From NCBI GenBank assembly GCA_026770705.1, contig JANJGN010000036.1:1860001-1924000 (forward strand): DNA of 64,000 bases. Direction: 5' to 3'. Under the pieces are notes generated by a model. It made no database searches and was not told where the DNA came from. It worked only from the letters and a program-made list of their open reading frames with translations. Below, one piece after another: positions 35,100-48,830 of the stretch. Every line of letters starts with the position of its first letter. Within the stretch, counting starts at the first letter, position 1. The stretch comes from Isurus oxyrinchus. Lineage: Eukaryota. The translations under genes and the position numbers were made by a program.

Positions 35100-37450
35100 G
35101 CCTTGTGTGCACAGTGTGTAAAGTGAGAGTTCGTTGAGAGAGGGAATTCAGTGAAGAGGGTCAGGAGGTGATCCTATCTTTTCCTACCTTTTTTGAGCCT
35201 CCAGTAGCCGACTCTTACTGTGGTTCAGGGGAAAGAAAAGCTGACCAACGAGTTACTGGTAAAGTATTCTGTTCTACTTATTCTAACTGTAATAAATAGG
35301 TTTTGTTAAAGTTATGGTGTGGCAGGTCAGGTGTTCTGAGAGGAATGTACGTCCTGTCATGTGGGAAGTCAGGAACGCACCATATGTCCTTGACAAACAC
35401 ATCTGCAGGAAGTTTCACCAGCTGCAGACGCTTGGGCGCTGTTTTTCGGAAGGCCAGTGCTGACTGGAGCCACTGTTGTGCAGAGAAGTGCGTGGGTAGC
35501 AGGTTTAGTGGGTTCTTCAGGCCGCAGGTTCGGAGTGAACAGGCAGGGAGGGAATGGGTGACCGCCAGGCAGACTAAGAGAGTGTAAGAGAACCAGACAG
35601 GCAATTCAGGAGTTCCCTGAACCTACCTTGCTTCGTAAACTTTTTTTAAAAAATGGATGCTGTGAGGGAAATGGTTTGTCAGAGGTATGCGATGAGACCC
35701 AAATCTATGGCAGCACAGGTGGCTGATCTACACCAGACGGGAGGAAGGAGAGTGGAAGAGCAATGCTTACAGAGGATTCTACAGCCAGGTGATCAGACAA
35801 GCCTTTCTGCTGCAGTTAACGTTACTGCAGGGAGGCGTGATGCCTCCCTGATGCTGGGATCAAGGATGTCACGAGCAGCAGTAGGGCATCCCCTTCTGGG
35901 GGAAGGTGAACAGCCAGGGATCGTCGTCCACATTGGTACCAATGATATAGGAAGGAAGAGTGAAGAGGTCCTGAAAGCAGATTTTAGTTTTTTAAACAGG
36001 ACCTCAAGAGCAGTAATCTTAGGATTGCTCCCAGTGCCATTTGGGCATGAGCTCGGGGATAGGAAGACTGATCGATTGAATGCATGGCAGTAGAATTGGT
36101 GTAGGAGACAGTGAAACAGACTCCTGAGGCGTTGGGACTGGTTCTGGGGCAGGGAGGACCTGTATAAACTGGACGGATTACAGCTTAACACGATCAGCAC
36201 TAATATCCTGGCAGGGAGATTTGCTCGGCTGTTGGGGAGGTTTGAAACTAGCTTGTCAGGGAGATGGGGACCTGAGGGGTAAGTCAAGTTTGAAGGACAT
36301 CAAGCCCGTAATGGGAAGTTGGAAATTGGCAAGTGAAATTAGAAGGCAGGTGAACGAAGGGCAGCATCAATTAAGCTTAGAATGTGGAAAAATTTGTGTC
36401 ACAGACACAAACTTAATGGCTCTCTACCTGAATACACCAAACATTCCCAAGAAGGTAGATAGTTTAAAGACTCAAAAAGAGGTAAATTGGTATGATCTGA
36501 TTGTCAATGCATGGCTGCAGTGTGAGTAAAATCTGGGGCCGGATTTAATATTTTCAAGTTCACAAAGCTAATTGGAAAGTTTGTTGCGAGGAAGAGGCAA
36601 AGCAGCTTCATGATGATTTGGTTAGACTTGGTGAGTGGGCAAGGACACAGCAGGTGGAATAGCATTTGGAAAAATTTCAAGTCATCTAATTTGCTTGGAG
36701 GAAAAGATTTGATTAATATTTCTTAAATGGTAAGAGATTTGAGAGTGTAGATGTACAAAGGGCCGTGGGTCTCCCATCTAATATGTCCCTGAAGGCTCAC
36801 ATGTAGGAGCAGCAGGCAATTAGGAAGGCTAATGTAATTTTAGCCTTTATCACAAGAGGATTTGAGTGCAGGGGTAGTGAAGTCTTGCTTCAATTATATA
36901 GAAGCTTAGTCATATCTCACCTGGAGTACTGTGTGCAGTTTTGGTCCTCTTACCTTGGGAAAGATGTTACTGCCATAAAAATAATGCAAACAATGTTCAC
37001 CAGGCTTGTTCCCGTGATAACGGCACGATTCTATGAGGAGATATTGGTGAAACTTGGCCTGTGTTCTCTGGAGTTTTGAATAATGACAGGTGATCTCAGT
37101 GCATCATACAAAATAGTTATTGGGGTAGACAGGGCAGATGAAGGAAAGATGTTTCCCCTGTTTGGCGAATCTAGAACCAAGGGACACAGTTTTAACAAAA
37201 CGGGGAAGCCACCTTGGACCAAATTAGGATATTTAAGTTTTCCTTTTAACTCCCGGGATTGTGGAACTTTAGAATTCCCAACCCAGGGGGCTGTGGAAGG
37301 TCAGTCATTGAATATGTTTCAAATACAGATTGACAGGTTTCTAAATACCAATGAAACAAAGATGTGGTGATAGTGCGGGAAAAAGGCATTGAAGTGGATC
37401 ATCTGCAAAGACAGAATTGAATGGTGGAGCAGGCTTGATGGGCTTAATCC
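35100..37450 (+). mobile_element. Internally deleted CR1 LINE: 5' region, ORF1 remnant (Cys-rich + SGNH esterase), start of the ORF2 endonuclease, then ORF2 C-terminus and 3' tail
   Basis: EGEQPGIVVHIGTNDIGRKSEEVLKADF..VILGLLPVP..RLNAW (ORF1 esterase, within 35653-36093); LYLNTPNIPKKVDSL..YDLIV..WLQ (endonuclease start, ~36415-36525); [26 protein letters not shown] and MFPLFGESRTKGH (3' ORF2). Many stops and frameshifts. Confidence 0.85.
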
Positions 37451-37720
37451 ATAGAACCATGGCAAAGTTACAGCACAGAAGGACATTCTCCCCATCTTGT
37501 GCATGCCAGCCCGAGGACACCCAGGTGCCCTTACTAATCCCACCTTCCAGCACCCGGCCCTTAGCCCTGCAGCTAACAGCACTTTAGATGTAGATCCAGT
37601 TACTTATTAAAAGAGTTTAAAGTTCCTGCCTCTCCCACCAACTTGGGCAGTGAGTTCCAGACACCCACTGCACTCTGTATAAAAAAGTTCTTCCTCATGT
37701 CCCCCCTACACCTTCTGCCA
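37450..37720 (-). mobile_element. CR1 3' end fragment, antisense
   Basis: catagaaccatggcaaagttacagcacagaagg ... gagttccagacacccactgcactctgtataaaaaagttcttcctc. Confidence 0.7.
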
Positions 37721-38199
37721 AATGCAGGAGGGATTTTTTAAAAAGTGTTTGATGAATCCAATTTTGGCTCAATGATGATTGGGAAAAATTAATGTCATTT
37801 CAATATGAAATGTGTGTTTTAGGGAGGCAGAACAATTTAAAATGTGAAGCAGGATTTCCGAGAGGAACACAATGTTATCGCAATGATTCAGGGTGAGGTA
37901 TATCAGTGAATCCACATCTCTGCATTCGACAGCTCACATTTCTGTGGCACAACAAATTTATTATTAACCTCGTCAGTGCTGACGCTGGCACTTCCTGACA
38001 GTCGAAGCTTTCAGGACAGAACATTGGCTCTAATGCGCACTGAACCTCAGGATCCACAAGGAGATTTTCCAAAAGCAGAAGGCATCATTGAGGTACTAAT
38101 GAAATACATTGCATTTCTCTGCACTATAGTCCCGCAGTGTATCATTACACAGAAGCAACTAATTCGCAAAACGATAGGTGAAAGGAAGAGCAGCAAGAT

Positions 38200-41100
38200 G
38201 GATACAAGATTGGCTCAGATAAAAGCAGAGAATAGTAAAGAGTTCTTTCTTATATCAATGGAAATAAACAGTGGGCTTCCCCCGGGGACAGTATTTTATG
38301 CATAATAATGACTTGGAATTTGTCACATAGGCATAATTGTAATGTTTTCAAAAGATACACTTGCGAGTGCAGTACATGATGAGACAGTAAGCAATGGATT
38401 TCAAGAGGGCAGAGGCTGACACATAGCAGATCACTTTTAAAACAGAAGAATTCAGTGATACATTTTATTATGAAGCATTGGAAAGGCAATGGAAATAAAT
38501 GCTGCAACTTTAAAAGAAGATGCAGGAATACACACAAACAACAATCTGACAGGGGAAATTCCTCCTCATTTCTAATAGACACCGTGTGTGGCAGCTTTGA
38601 ATGTGGCCGGATGAATTAAGACGATTTTTTCAAAAACAAAAAAGCTCCCTTGTCTTTAAATAGCAGAGGAATTCAATACAAAAATAAGCACGGAATCTAC
38701 GTGAAACCTTTGTAAAACACTGGCTAGACCACAAATGCAGCATTGTGTACAAATATGTCCCCACACTCTGGGGACTAGTCAAGGCCTTGGAGATGGGTTA
38801 GATGTGATTTGCCTGCTTGACTCCATGAATGAGGAACGTCAGTATTGTGGAAAGACTTGAAAAATTGTATTTTTCTCCTGAAAGCACAGAAGATTAAGAG
38901 GAGATTTGATCGAGCCTTTCACCTGCTGCAGACTCTGTGACTGTGAACAGTCACCTACTTTAGAGGGAATGACTGTGAACAGTCACCTAATTTAGAGGAA
39001 GTGATTGTAAACAGAGCTGCCTATGATAAAGTGGCTAAGTGTGAATTGAGAGACCTGCGATAGAGGGACTGACTGTGAACAGAGACACCTACTGTGGGGG
39101 GAGTGAGGATGAACAAGGAGACAAATGATATGGAAATAAAACAGGAAAGTGGAGTCGAAGAAGTAAGGACAGATCTACTGAGCACAGAGATCTCCAATGG
39201 GGCCCAGAGAATCACATGTGTTAAAGGGGTCACTCCCTCAACCCACCGTCAATTGTGTGCGTTAACTTCAGAGAAAATGTTTCTTCACATAACGAAGAGC
39301 ATAATTAGAGGTCATCAATATAACACAGCAACTAATAAATGCAATAGAAAATTCAGAAGAATCTTCTTTACCCAGAAAGTGGTGAGAATGTGGATGTCAC
39401 TACCAGAGGGAGTGGCTGGGGTGAATGGAAGAAGAGTTTTCTAGGAAATTAGACACCTATTTGAGTGAAAAGGGTGGTTGTTAAATTTAGATTTAAACAA
39501 GAAAAAAAATGGAGGAGGCTTGAGTGGAGAATGAGCACTGGCTTGGACTGGTCAGGCAGAATGGTCTGTTTGTCTATTATACACCCTTTCTAATCCTGTG
39601 TAATAATTAATCATCTAATGGAGAGAAGTGAAAAGCAGATTTTTTTAAAGTTTAGGGGCCAGTCAATGTTGGCAATCAGAGGCTTTTTTGAGTGCCCATG
39701 TGCACAAATCACAGGCAGTTAACATTCAATTCAGCAAGATTTTGGCAAATATTATGTCAGTCGTTATTTGCAAGGGCGTTGGAATGTAAAAGTAAGGAAG
39801 TATTACTGCAATTGTACAGGGCTGTGTTCAGATCATACCTGGGCACTTTCAAGGTGGAAGATGTGTCATGTGGAGTACGAAAAGGAACTTTGAGAGGGCT
39901 TCAACTATTTATAATCTCTATTAATAACTTAGATGAAGAGACCGAGAATAATATATCTAAGTTTGATGACAATGTAAAGCTCTGTTGGAATGCAAACTGT
40001 GAGGAGGACACAAAGAGGCTGCAAAGAGAGGTCATCAGTTTAAGTAAGTAGTCAACAAGGTGGCTGAAGGGGCATAATATGGGGAAGTGTGACATTATTC
40101 ACATTGGTTGCAAATATAGACAAAAAGGCACATTTCTTTGCTTCTCCTCATCCAAGGGACTGAGATTGATCTATTTTTGGACTCTATGTGAATCAAGGGA
40201 TCTGGGGATAGTGCGGGAAAGCGGAGCTGAGATAAGAGATCAGAAGAGAACTTACTGAATGGTAGACTAGGCTGTAAATGCTGAAAGGCCTCCTCCTGTT
40301 CCTGTTCCTTCTGTGGAGGCAGAGCCTAACACGTCAAATGGTTTTGGAAAATCTGGATGTCAGCCAGGGGTGGAGTTAAGACAGGGCAATACATTTTACT
40401 CATGTTTGGATCACGCTGCTGCTTTAATTTATGTTTGAGTTGTGCTGGGGTTGCAGTGAGCTGTTTGGCTGGTGTGTGCTACAAGTTATCAGAGTTATGT
40501 TAATGGAGGGCCAATCACTCATGCTGCATCTTGCAACCCTCTTTTCTAGAGATCAGACCCCAGCAGCAAATGGGGTCCCTCTTCCTTGGACAGGATTTCC
40601 ACACTCAGTAAGTGGCTTTTGACGGGATGTTGTAAGGTGATCAGTTGTTTTGAGGGTGGATGTGGCATTATCTACGCAGCCTGCAGGTGATGACAGCCCA
40701 AGCCATTCAGCCCATTGATCTGTGTTATCCCTCTGAAATAGCTCCCTGCTCACCCTTAGTCTACACTCCCCTCAGCTCTTAAACTGTTATTTTTGAAATA
40801 CTGTTCAATTTCCTTTTAAGATGTATTCGCAATTCTGTTCCAAGAGAGCAAGTCCCTGACTAGTAACCCATTGTCTAAAAGATATTATCCTCTCCTCTTC
40901 CTCAATTATTTTTGGCAATGATTTTAACTCAATAGTGGCCAATGTAACCATCTCTGAAGAGAGCTCGGGTGGAGGGGGGGCGGTGATAATAAAAAGCTCT
41001 GACTGAAAGTAAGCAGTAATGAGGAGATAAAGAATCCGCAAAGGGAGCTAAACTGCTCAGTTGATTGGGTGAGAAAGTGGCAGAATGAGTGTAATGTTAT

Positions 41101-42000
41101 GAAATGTGACGTTTTGCTTGGGGGTGCAAAGAATAGATACGCAGGGTCTTTGTAAAAGTTGAGGGACTTGGAAATACTGGTACTCTGAGGGATTGGGTGC
41201 CCTTGTAAACTTAACGCAGGAACAAACAATCAGGGACAGCAAGCACATTAGGGAGGTAAATCGTTTGTTCAGGCTCATTGCGAGGAGGGTTGGAGTAGTT
41301 TAAGATTAAGGGGAATCTTAGTGTAATTGTAGAATGTGTTACTGAGTCAGTACCTGGACCTTATCTGGAATAATGTGTGCAGTTTTGCTCTACTTACCTA
41401 AGGAAGGATGCACTTGCCTGAGAGGGAGTGCAATGCATGTTCATTGGGTTGATTCCTTGGATGAGAGGATTGTCATATGATAAGAGATTGAATAGAATGG
41501 TTCTATATCCTCAGGAGTTTAGAAGAAATATTGATGATCTCATTGAAAAGTGTAAAATTATCGGAGAGTTTGACTGGGCAGATGTTGAGAGGCTTTTCCA
41601 GCCCCATTATCCCCAGCCCCCCAACACCGCCTCCCTGCCTTGGCTGGTGTGTTCAGGACTCAGGATCACAGTCTCAGGATTATGAGTCAGCTACTTAGGG
41701 CTGGGTTATGGAGAAAATTCTTCACTCAGTGTTGTGAAGCTTTGGAATTCTCCATCCCTGGGAGCTGTGGGTGCTCAGTCACTGAGTATATCCAATGCAG
41801 AGATACGAGAATATAGAGTTGAGTGACTGCGTATATTCAAGGCTGACATCAATAGATTAATACACACTAAGGGAATTAAGGGATGTGGAGATAAGGCAGG
41901 GAGGTGGCGTTGAATTAGACGATCGCCCATAATCTTATTGAATGGTGGAGAAGGCGCAAAGGGCCAAAAATCCTCCTCCTGCTCTAATTCCTGATGTTCT
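38200..42000 (+). mobile_element. Cluster of old, fragmented CR1 ORF2/3' pieces (approx. 38200-38920, 39290-39600, 39650-40310, 40890-42000)
   Basis: Remnant peptides FRRIFFTQKVVRMW, KSKEVLLQLYRA, QLFIISINNLDEETENNISKFDDNVKL and MRGLSYDKRLNRM; CR1 3' tails. Confidence 0.7.
38935..39090. repeat. ~32-bp degenerate tandem repeat with an internal palindrome (gtgactgtgaacagtcac)
   Basis: gactgtgaacagtcaccta repeated about 4-5 times. Confidence 0.7.
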
Positions 42001-42579
42001 TTTGTGTGAAGGTCGGTGTGGGGTGTACAATAAGTCTTGTTGATTTAAGACTGCTTTAGACCTTCATACATTTATCAGTCCAGTTGAAACCACGACAGTG
42101 ATGATTCACATTTTCCAGCAACCAGGCCCCAGTCTGTAGCTGAAAGCAGCACTGAAAGCAGCTCAGCCCCTCTCTATCCACTCACACACAACGTGGCTGG
42201 TGCTTCAAAGGTCTTAATTTAGCTCCTAATACCGAATGGTTGCTGTTTTTGGCCTGTTTGTGAAGTAGTGCAGGTGTTGTGGTCATTCACCTCAGGCAAA
42301 GGGGGAGAGCGTCACAGGAGGAGGAACTGAAACCTCTCTGCTCACTGGCCGATTAGCAGCCAAGGGTGACAGCATCTGTCCCCAGCTTCCACTCTCTGAA
42401 ATTTCACAGAAGCGGCTGTGGTTTCACACAGGAAAACGACAGAAATCTCAGAGGCACATTTGAACCCGACATTCTTGGACACCTTGCACTTTACAGAAAC
42501 TGACAACCCAATGTGGGCCGGGCCGCACAAAAACAACCAGCAAAACTCCTATTATTTATCCCCTGGACTGTCTCACTCT

Positions 42580-43715
42580 TCACTTCTCGACTCTGTTTCC
42601 AAACAAACCTGCCTCATAACCTAACTCGCACCAAGTATCATTCACTCATCAAACCACCCCAGCCTGTGGTCCCTGCTTTGCTTTGGCTCGCAGTTATGCC
42701 ATGCCTTGATTTTAAACTGTTCATCTTTGCTTTGAAATCCCACTAGTCTCTCTCCCCTCCCTATCTCTGTAAAAGTTTTCCAGCCCCTACTGACCACCCT
42801 GTTCCTGTAACCTCCTCATGCCTCCATACATCTTCCAATCTCTGTGACCTGATCAAGCACTGCACACCTCTCCATCTCTGTAACTTCCTCCAGACCCTAC
42901 ATCATTCCCTCTCTGTGACATATTCAAACCAGTACAAACCTCCCTATCTCTGTAACTTTATCCAGCANNNNNNNNNNNNNNNNNNNNNNNNNNNNNNNNN
43001 NNNNNNNNNNNNNNNNNNNNNNNNNNNNNNNNNNNNNNNNNNNNNNNNNNNNNNNNNNNNNNNNNNNNNNNNNNNNNNNNNNNNNNNNNNNNNNNNNNNN
43101 NNNNNNNNNNNNNNNNNNNNNNNNNNNNNNNNNNNNNNNNNNNNNNTCTCCCAAACCTATATCACTCCCTAACTCTTTAGGCTTCCTCCATCTCCTAAAA
43201 TACTCCCTCTCCCTGTAACCAACTCAGACCAGTACACCCCTCAGCATGTCTGGAATCCTCTAAGACACCAACTGTTTCTGTAAACACCTTCAGTCCTTAC
43301 AGCCCTCCATATAACTGTATATTCCAATAGCCCCTACACCACTCCTTTTCTCTGTAATGACCTCCAGTGCCAAAAACCTTCCCTACCTCTATAACCTGAT
43401 GCAGCAGCTACAATGCTCCCTATCTCTGTGACTTGATTCAGCCACTGCAGCCCTCTTTACCTCTGTAACGTTCTTCAGACCTTACATCACTCCCTAACTC
43501 TGTGAATTCCTCCAGCCCCTCAATCCTGCCTCCTAATTCTTTAACTTTCTCCAGCCCACACCCCCCAAACAGCCCAGTCTCAGTATCCCTGCTCCAGCCG
43601 CTACACACCTCAATATCTGTCTAACCTGCTAGAACCGCTCTAATACTCCTTATTCCTGTACCCTCTGCAACCATCACAACTTTCCCTATGCATGTAACCT
43701 CCTCCAACCACTGAA
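42580..43715 (+). repeat. L2-like 3' fragment expanded into a degenerate minisatellite (cctccctatctctgtaacctcctccagcccctacaa); resumes at ~45690-45870
   Basis: Repeated ctctgtaac...ccagccc units on both sides of the large CR1. Confidence 0.7.
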
Positions 43716-43719
43716 ACAA

Positions 43720-45685
43720 TACAAATTGGCCAGAAAAAAACAACAGACCTGAGGATTGGGAGCAGTTTAGAATTCAGCAATGGAGGACCAAATCATTGAT
43801 TAAGAAGGGGAAAATACATTACAAGAGTAAGCTTGCAGGGAACATAAAATCTGCCTGTAAAAGTTTCTATAGATAGTGTAGAGAAAAAGATTGGTGAAGA
43901 CAAATGTAGGTCCCTTACAGTCAAAAACAGGGGAAATCATAATGGAGAATAAAGAAATAGCTGACCAACTAAATACATAGTTTGGTTCTGTCTTCACAAA
44001 GGAGGACACGAATAACATATCAGAAATGTTGGGGAACACAGGGTTTAGTGAGAGGGAGGAATTGAAAGAAATCAGTATTAGTCGGGAAATGGTGTTGAGG
44101 AATTTGATGGGATTGAAGGCCGATAAATCCCCGGCACCTGATAATCTACATCCCAGAGTAATTAAGGAAGTGGCCCAAGAAATAGTGGCTACATTGATGG
44201 ATGGTCATCATCCCAGATTCTATAGACTCTGGAACAGTTCCTACAGGTTGGAGGGTAGCTAATGTAACTTCACTATTTAAAAAGGGAGACAGAGAGAAAA
44301 CAGGGAATTATCGACGAGTCCGCCTGAAGTTGGTAGTGGGGAAAATTCTAGAGTGCATTATAAAAGATTTAATAGCAGAGCACGTGGAAAGCAGTGGCAG
44401 AATTGGACAGAGTCAGCATGGATTTATGAAAGGGAAATCATGCTTGACAAATCTACTGGAATTTTTAGAGGATGTAACTAGTAGAGTTGATGAGGGGGAC
44501 CCAGTGAATGTGGTTTATTTGCACTTTCATAAGACTTTCATCAAAGTCCCACATAAGAGATTAGCACGTAAAATTTAAGCACATGGAATTCAGGGTAGTG
44601 TATTGAGATGGACAGAAAACTGTTTGAAAGACAGGAAACAAAGAGTGGGAATAAACGGTTCATTTTCCGAATGGCAGGCAGTGACTAGTGGGGTACCACA
44701 GGGATCGGTGCTGGGACCCCAGTTATTCACAATATATATTAATGATTTAAATGAGGGAATTCAATGCAATATTTCCAAATTTGCAGATGACACAAAGCTG
44801 GATGGGAAGGTGAGCTGTGAGGAGGATGCAGAGATGCTTCAGTGTGATTTGGACAGCTGAGTGATTGGGCAAATCCATGGCAGATGCAGTATAATGTGGA
44901 TAAATGTGAGATTATCCATTTTGGTAGCAAAAACATGAAGGCAGATAATTATCTGAATGCCGAGAAATTAGGAGGGGAGAATGTGCATCGAGACCCGGGT
45001 GTCCTTGTACTCCAGTCACTGAAGGTAAGCATGCAGGTGCAGCAGGCGCTAAAGAAGGCAAATGGTATGTTGGTCTTCATAGCCAGATGATTCGAGTACA
45101 GGAACAGGGATGTCTTGCTGCAGTTGCACAGGACCTTGGTGAGACCACACCTGGAATACTGTGTGCAGTTTTGGCTCCTTATCTGAGGAATGATGTTCCT
45201 GCTATAGAGGGAGTGCAGCAAATGTTTACCCAACTGATTCCTGGAATGGCGGGACTGACATACAAGGAGAGATTGATTTGATTAGGATTATATTTGCTGG
45301 AGTTCGGGAGAATGAGGGAGGATCTCATAAAAACCTATAAAATTCTAACAGGACAAGACAGCGGTGATGTTGGTGGAGTCGAGAATCAGGAGTCACAGTC
45401 TTGAGGATATGGGGTAGACCATTTAGGGCTGAGATGAGGAGAAACCCCTTCACCCAGAGACTGGTGAGCCTGTGGAGTTCGTTACCACAGAAAATAGATG
45501 AGACCAAAACATTATATCTTTTCAAGAAAGATGTAGATATTGCTCTTGGGGTGAAAAGGATCAAAAGATATGGGGAGAAAGTGGGAGCAGGCTATTGAGT
45601 TGATCAGCCATGATCATAATGAATAGTGGGGCAGGCTTGAAGGGCCGAATGGCCTACTGCTGCACCTAGTTTCTATGTTTCTACG
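43720..45685 (+). mobile_element. 5'-truncated CR1 LINE with a reverse transcriptase domain (inactive)
   Basis: KSPAPDNLHPRV, WRVANVTSLFKKG, SQHGFMKGKSCLTNLLEF, GVPQGSVLGPQLFTIYINDL, SKFADDTKL; 3' tail gggccgaatggcctactgctgcacctagtttctatgtttcta. Frameshifts and stops present. Confidence 0.95.
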
Positions 45686-46379
45686 ATTATCTGAACCCCT
45701 CCCTATCTCCATAATCACCTCCAGCCCCACCGTGACCTTCTCTGTGACCTTCTCCAGCAACTGTAAACCTCCATATCTCTGTCAGTTTTTTGCAATCCTT
45801 ACAACAATCTCTGCAACATTCACCAGCCACCACAACACTCACCTATCTCTGTAATCTCCTCCAGCCCCTGAAATTCTTATCCGTTTGCGTGGCCGAGTGG
45901 CCCACTCCTGCTCCTATTTTGTATATTTGCGTGTTTATATACGCTGCAGGAATTCACCAAGGCTCCTTCATCAGCACCTTCCAAACCCATGACCACTGCC
46001 ACCTAGAAGGGCAAGGGCAGCTGATGCATGGGAACATCCTTGCAGAGAGAGAGGGAGAGTGAAATAGACAAAGGGAGGCCAATAGCCAGGGAGCACCGAT
46101 TATTAAAAGGGGCATAGAGCACAAGAGCAAGGAGGTTATGTTGATTATTTATTAGGCACGAGTTAGGCCTCAGCTTGAGTATTGTGCCCTGTTCTGGGTG
46201 CCACAATTTAGGAAGGGTGTGAAGCCACAGGGCAGAGTGCAGTAAAGTTTTACGAGAATGGTTCCATGGGTGAGGAACTTCAGTTATGGTGATGGATTGG
46301 GGAATTTGGGACTGTTTTCCTTGGAGAAAAAAAAATGAATGAGGGCAGAATCTATAGAGGTACACAAGATCCTGTTGGG

Positions 46380-46630
46380 GTGTTTGTGACACATTGGTTA
46401 ATGCCCCTACCTCTGAGCCAGTCGCTCCAAGTTCGAGTGCCACTCAGGACTCGATGGCCATGGAAGGTGCGTCCATAACGTGGCCGAACTGGTTTATTAT
46501 CAGCCTGGAAATCCTTCCAATGTGTCAGATGGCAGACGGTAGAAGTGGGAGAGACTCCAGGTCAGCCAGAACCTGCTGAAGGCAATGGCAAAGCACTGCA
46601 ACACCTTGTCAAGCATAACCATGGAGTAAG
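46380..46630 (+). mobile_element. tRNA-derived SINE
   Basis: tRNA-like head cattggttaatgcccctacctctgagccag...aGTTCGAGTGCC (B-box-like at 46430-46441), followed by a gaaggcaatggcaaagcact tail motif. Confidence 0.6.
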
Positions 46631-47059
46631 GCATGGAAGGCAAAGGCCATCTTAGGACAGGGTACCTGAAGAAGGAGAGATTTAAGATCATGAGGATTCT
46701 GGACACTCGGAGACAGTGAGAAACTATTTGTGCGTTTTGAGTATAACAACATTGTTAGCATCTTATCAGTCAATACAGGCTGCAAAATATATTCTATGAA
46801 TCCAGGCTTGTAATATCCAGACAAGCAGATACACACAAACTCAGGTATACAAATACAGACAGACAGACACAGACACACATGAGAGAATAATTCCCATATG
46901 TCACATATCTGTTTTCCTTCCTTAGGTCTGGGGATGAAAACTCTCCTCAGTAATCCAGGTGTTCTCTCAGCAAAACACTTGCAGCAAGATGTGCTTACTC
47001 TTAAACTCCAACCCCTTTGCAATGAAGGCCAAAAGTTCATTTACCTTTCTCTTGGTTAC

Positions 47060-47265
47060 CCCTCGATTAGATTCTAGTCTGTAACTCACTCCCAGGTACC
47101 TGTTATTCTACATATTAACCATCCCGAACCCCTTGATTAGATTCTAGTCTGTAACTCACTCCCGGGCATATGTTAACTGATATATAAACCACCACAAAAC
47201 TTTCTATTAGATTCCAGTCTGTAACTCACTCCTGGGTATCTGTTATTCTATATATAAACCACCTC
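47060..47265. repeat. 70-bp tandem repeat x3 (gattagattctagtctgtaactcactccc...)
   Basis: Unit starts at ~47065, 47135 and 47205. Confidence 0.85.
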
Positions 47266-47299
47266 GAGGAGATTCCAGCACTTCCACATCACAAGTTGA

Positions 47300-47640
47300 G
47301 AAAGGGATCTCCCTCCATTTTAAAGATGAAGAAGAGATCTCACTCTAATTTTAAGGTTGAGAAAGGATCTCCTTGCATTTTAAAGATGGGGATGGGATCT
47401 CCCACAATTTTCAAAATGGAGGTGGGACTTCTCTTCAATTGAAAGAGGGAGAAGGGATCTCCCTCCATTTTAAAGATGGGAAAGGAATCTCGCTCCATTT
47501 TAAAGATGGAGAAGGGACCTCCCTCCATTTTAAACATGGAGATGGGATTTCCCTCCATTTTAAAGATGTAAGACGGATCTCGCTCCATTTTAATGATGGA
47601 GAAGGGATCTCCCTGCAATTTCAAGATGGGGAATGGATAT
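47300..47640. repeat. 30-bp quasi-palindromic minisatellite, array 3 (array 4 at ~50780-50955)
   Basis: Same unit as 22050-22670. Confidence 0.9.
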
Positions 47641-48259
47641 GTCACAGGATATGTTACTTTATACCCAGTAATGATTACAAATCTTTGAACATTTCCACTT
47701 TTCCCCTGCTCTGCCTCTTTCCTTCATCCTGTCTCATTCCTTCTCTTGCTTTCCCACCCCATCTTCCAGTCACTCTCACCACATTTCTCTGTTTCCCCAT
47801 CTAACCCCATCTCTTTATCCCACACTCGCTCCCCTCTTTTCAGCTCTTACTCTCTCACCCCATCCCTGTTTTTTGGCGCGATCCCCAATATCTATCTCAC
47901 TTTCTCGTCCCATCTGTCTTTCTCTCTCACCCTGTCTTTCTGCTACTCTGTCCCTCTATCTCTTGTTCCATCTATCATTCTCTCTGTCACTCTCTTCCTC
48001 CGTTGCTCTACTCCTCTCTCTGTCACCCCCATCTCTCTCCCTCTCCCNNNNNNNNNNNNNNNNNNNNNNNNNNNNNNNNNNNNNNNNNNNNNNNNNNNNN
48101 NNNNNNNNNNNNNNNNNNNNNNNNNNNNNNNNNNNNNNNNNNNNNNNNNNNNNNNNNNNNNNNNNNNNNNNNNNNNNNNNNNNNNNNNNGCCAAAATTGG
48201 ATGTGAAGCTGAATGGAAAATATTTTCAGGGTCACGGCGAAAAGGCAGATGAGTGAGAC

Positions 48260-48830
48260 CAGTGAAACGTGGATACAAAATTGGCTGAGGGATAGCTTGG
48301 GTATTTATCAGGCTGGAAGTTGGATTGCAGTGGAGTTCCCCAGGGGTTGATATTGGGAGATTTGATTTTCCTGATTTAGATCATGGTGTGCAGGGGACCA
48401 ATTCAGAGTTTGTGGATGGCACAAAACTTGGGAGAATTGTAAACACTGAGGGGGACCGTGTAGAGTTTCAAAATAATATTGACAAGTTGGTGGAGTGAGC
48501 AGATAGTTGGCCAATGATGTTCAATGTGGAGAAGTGTGAGGTGATGCATTATGGTAGGAGGAACATGGACAGACAAAATAAAATGAGGGGTGAAATTTTG
48601 AAGGTGGTGCAGGAGCAGAAAGACCTGGGTGTATATGTGCAAAGATCATTGAAGGCTGCAGGACAGGTTGAGAGAGTGGTTTATAAAGCATATCGTATTC
48701 GGGGCTTTATTAATAGGGGCATTGTGTACGAGAGCAGGGAGGTTCTGCTGAATTTGTATAAGACACTAATTAGACCTCAGCTGGAGTATTGAGTACGGTC
48801 CTCAGAGCCAGACTACAGGAAGGATGTGAT
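48260..48830 (+). mobile_element. CR1 ORF2 fragment; further small CR1 pieces at ~46100-46380, 49040-49200 (-), 49620-50020, 51820-52210, 52800-53060 and 53870-54090 (-)
   Basis: MMFNVEKCEVMHYGRRN...QKDLGVYVQRSLK...LNLYKTLIRPQLEY. Confidence 0.85.

Noticed and set aside
46380-46450. tRNA gene
   Set aside because: Only a degenerate tRNA-like head without a full cloverleaf, continuing into a SINE body.
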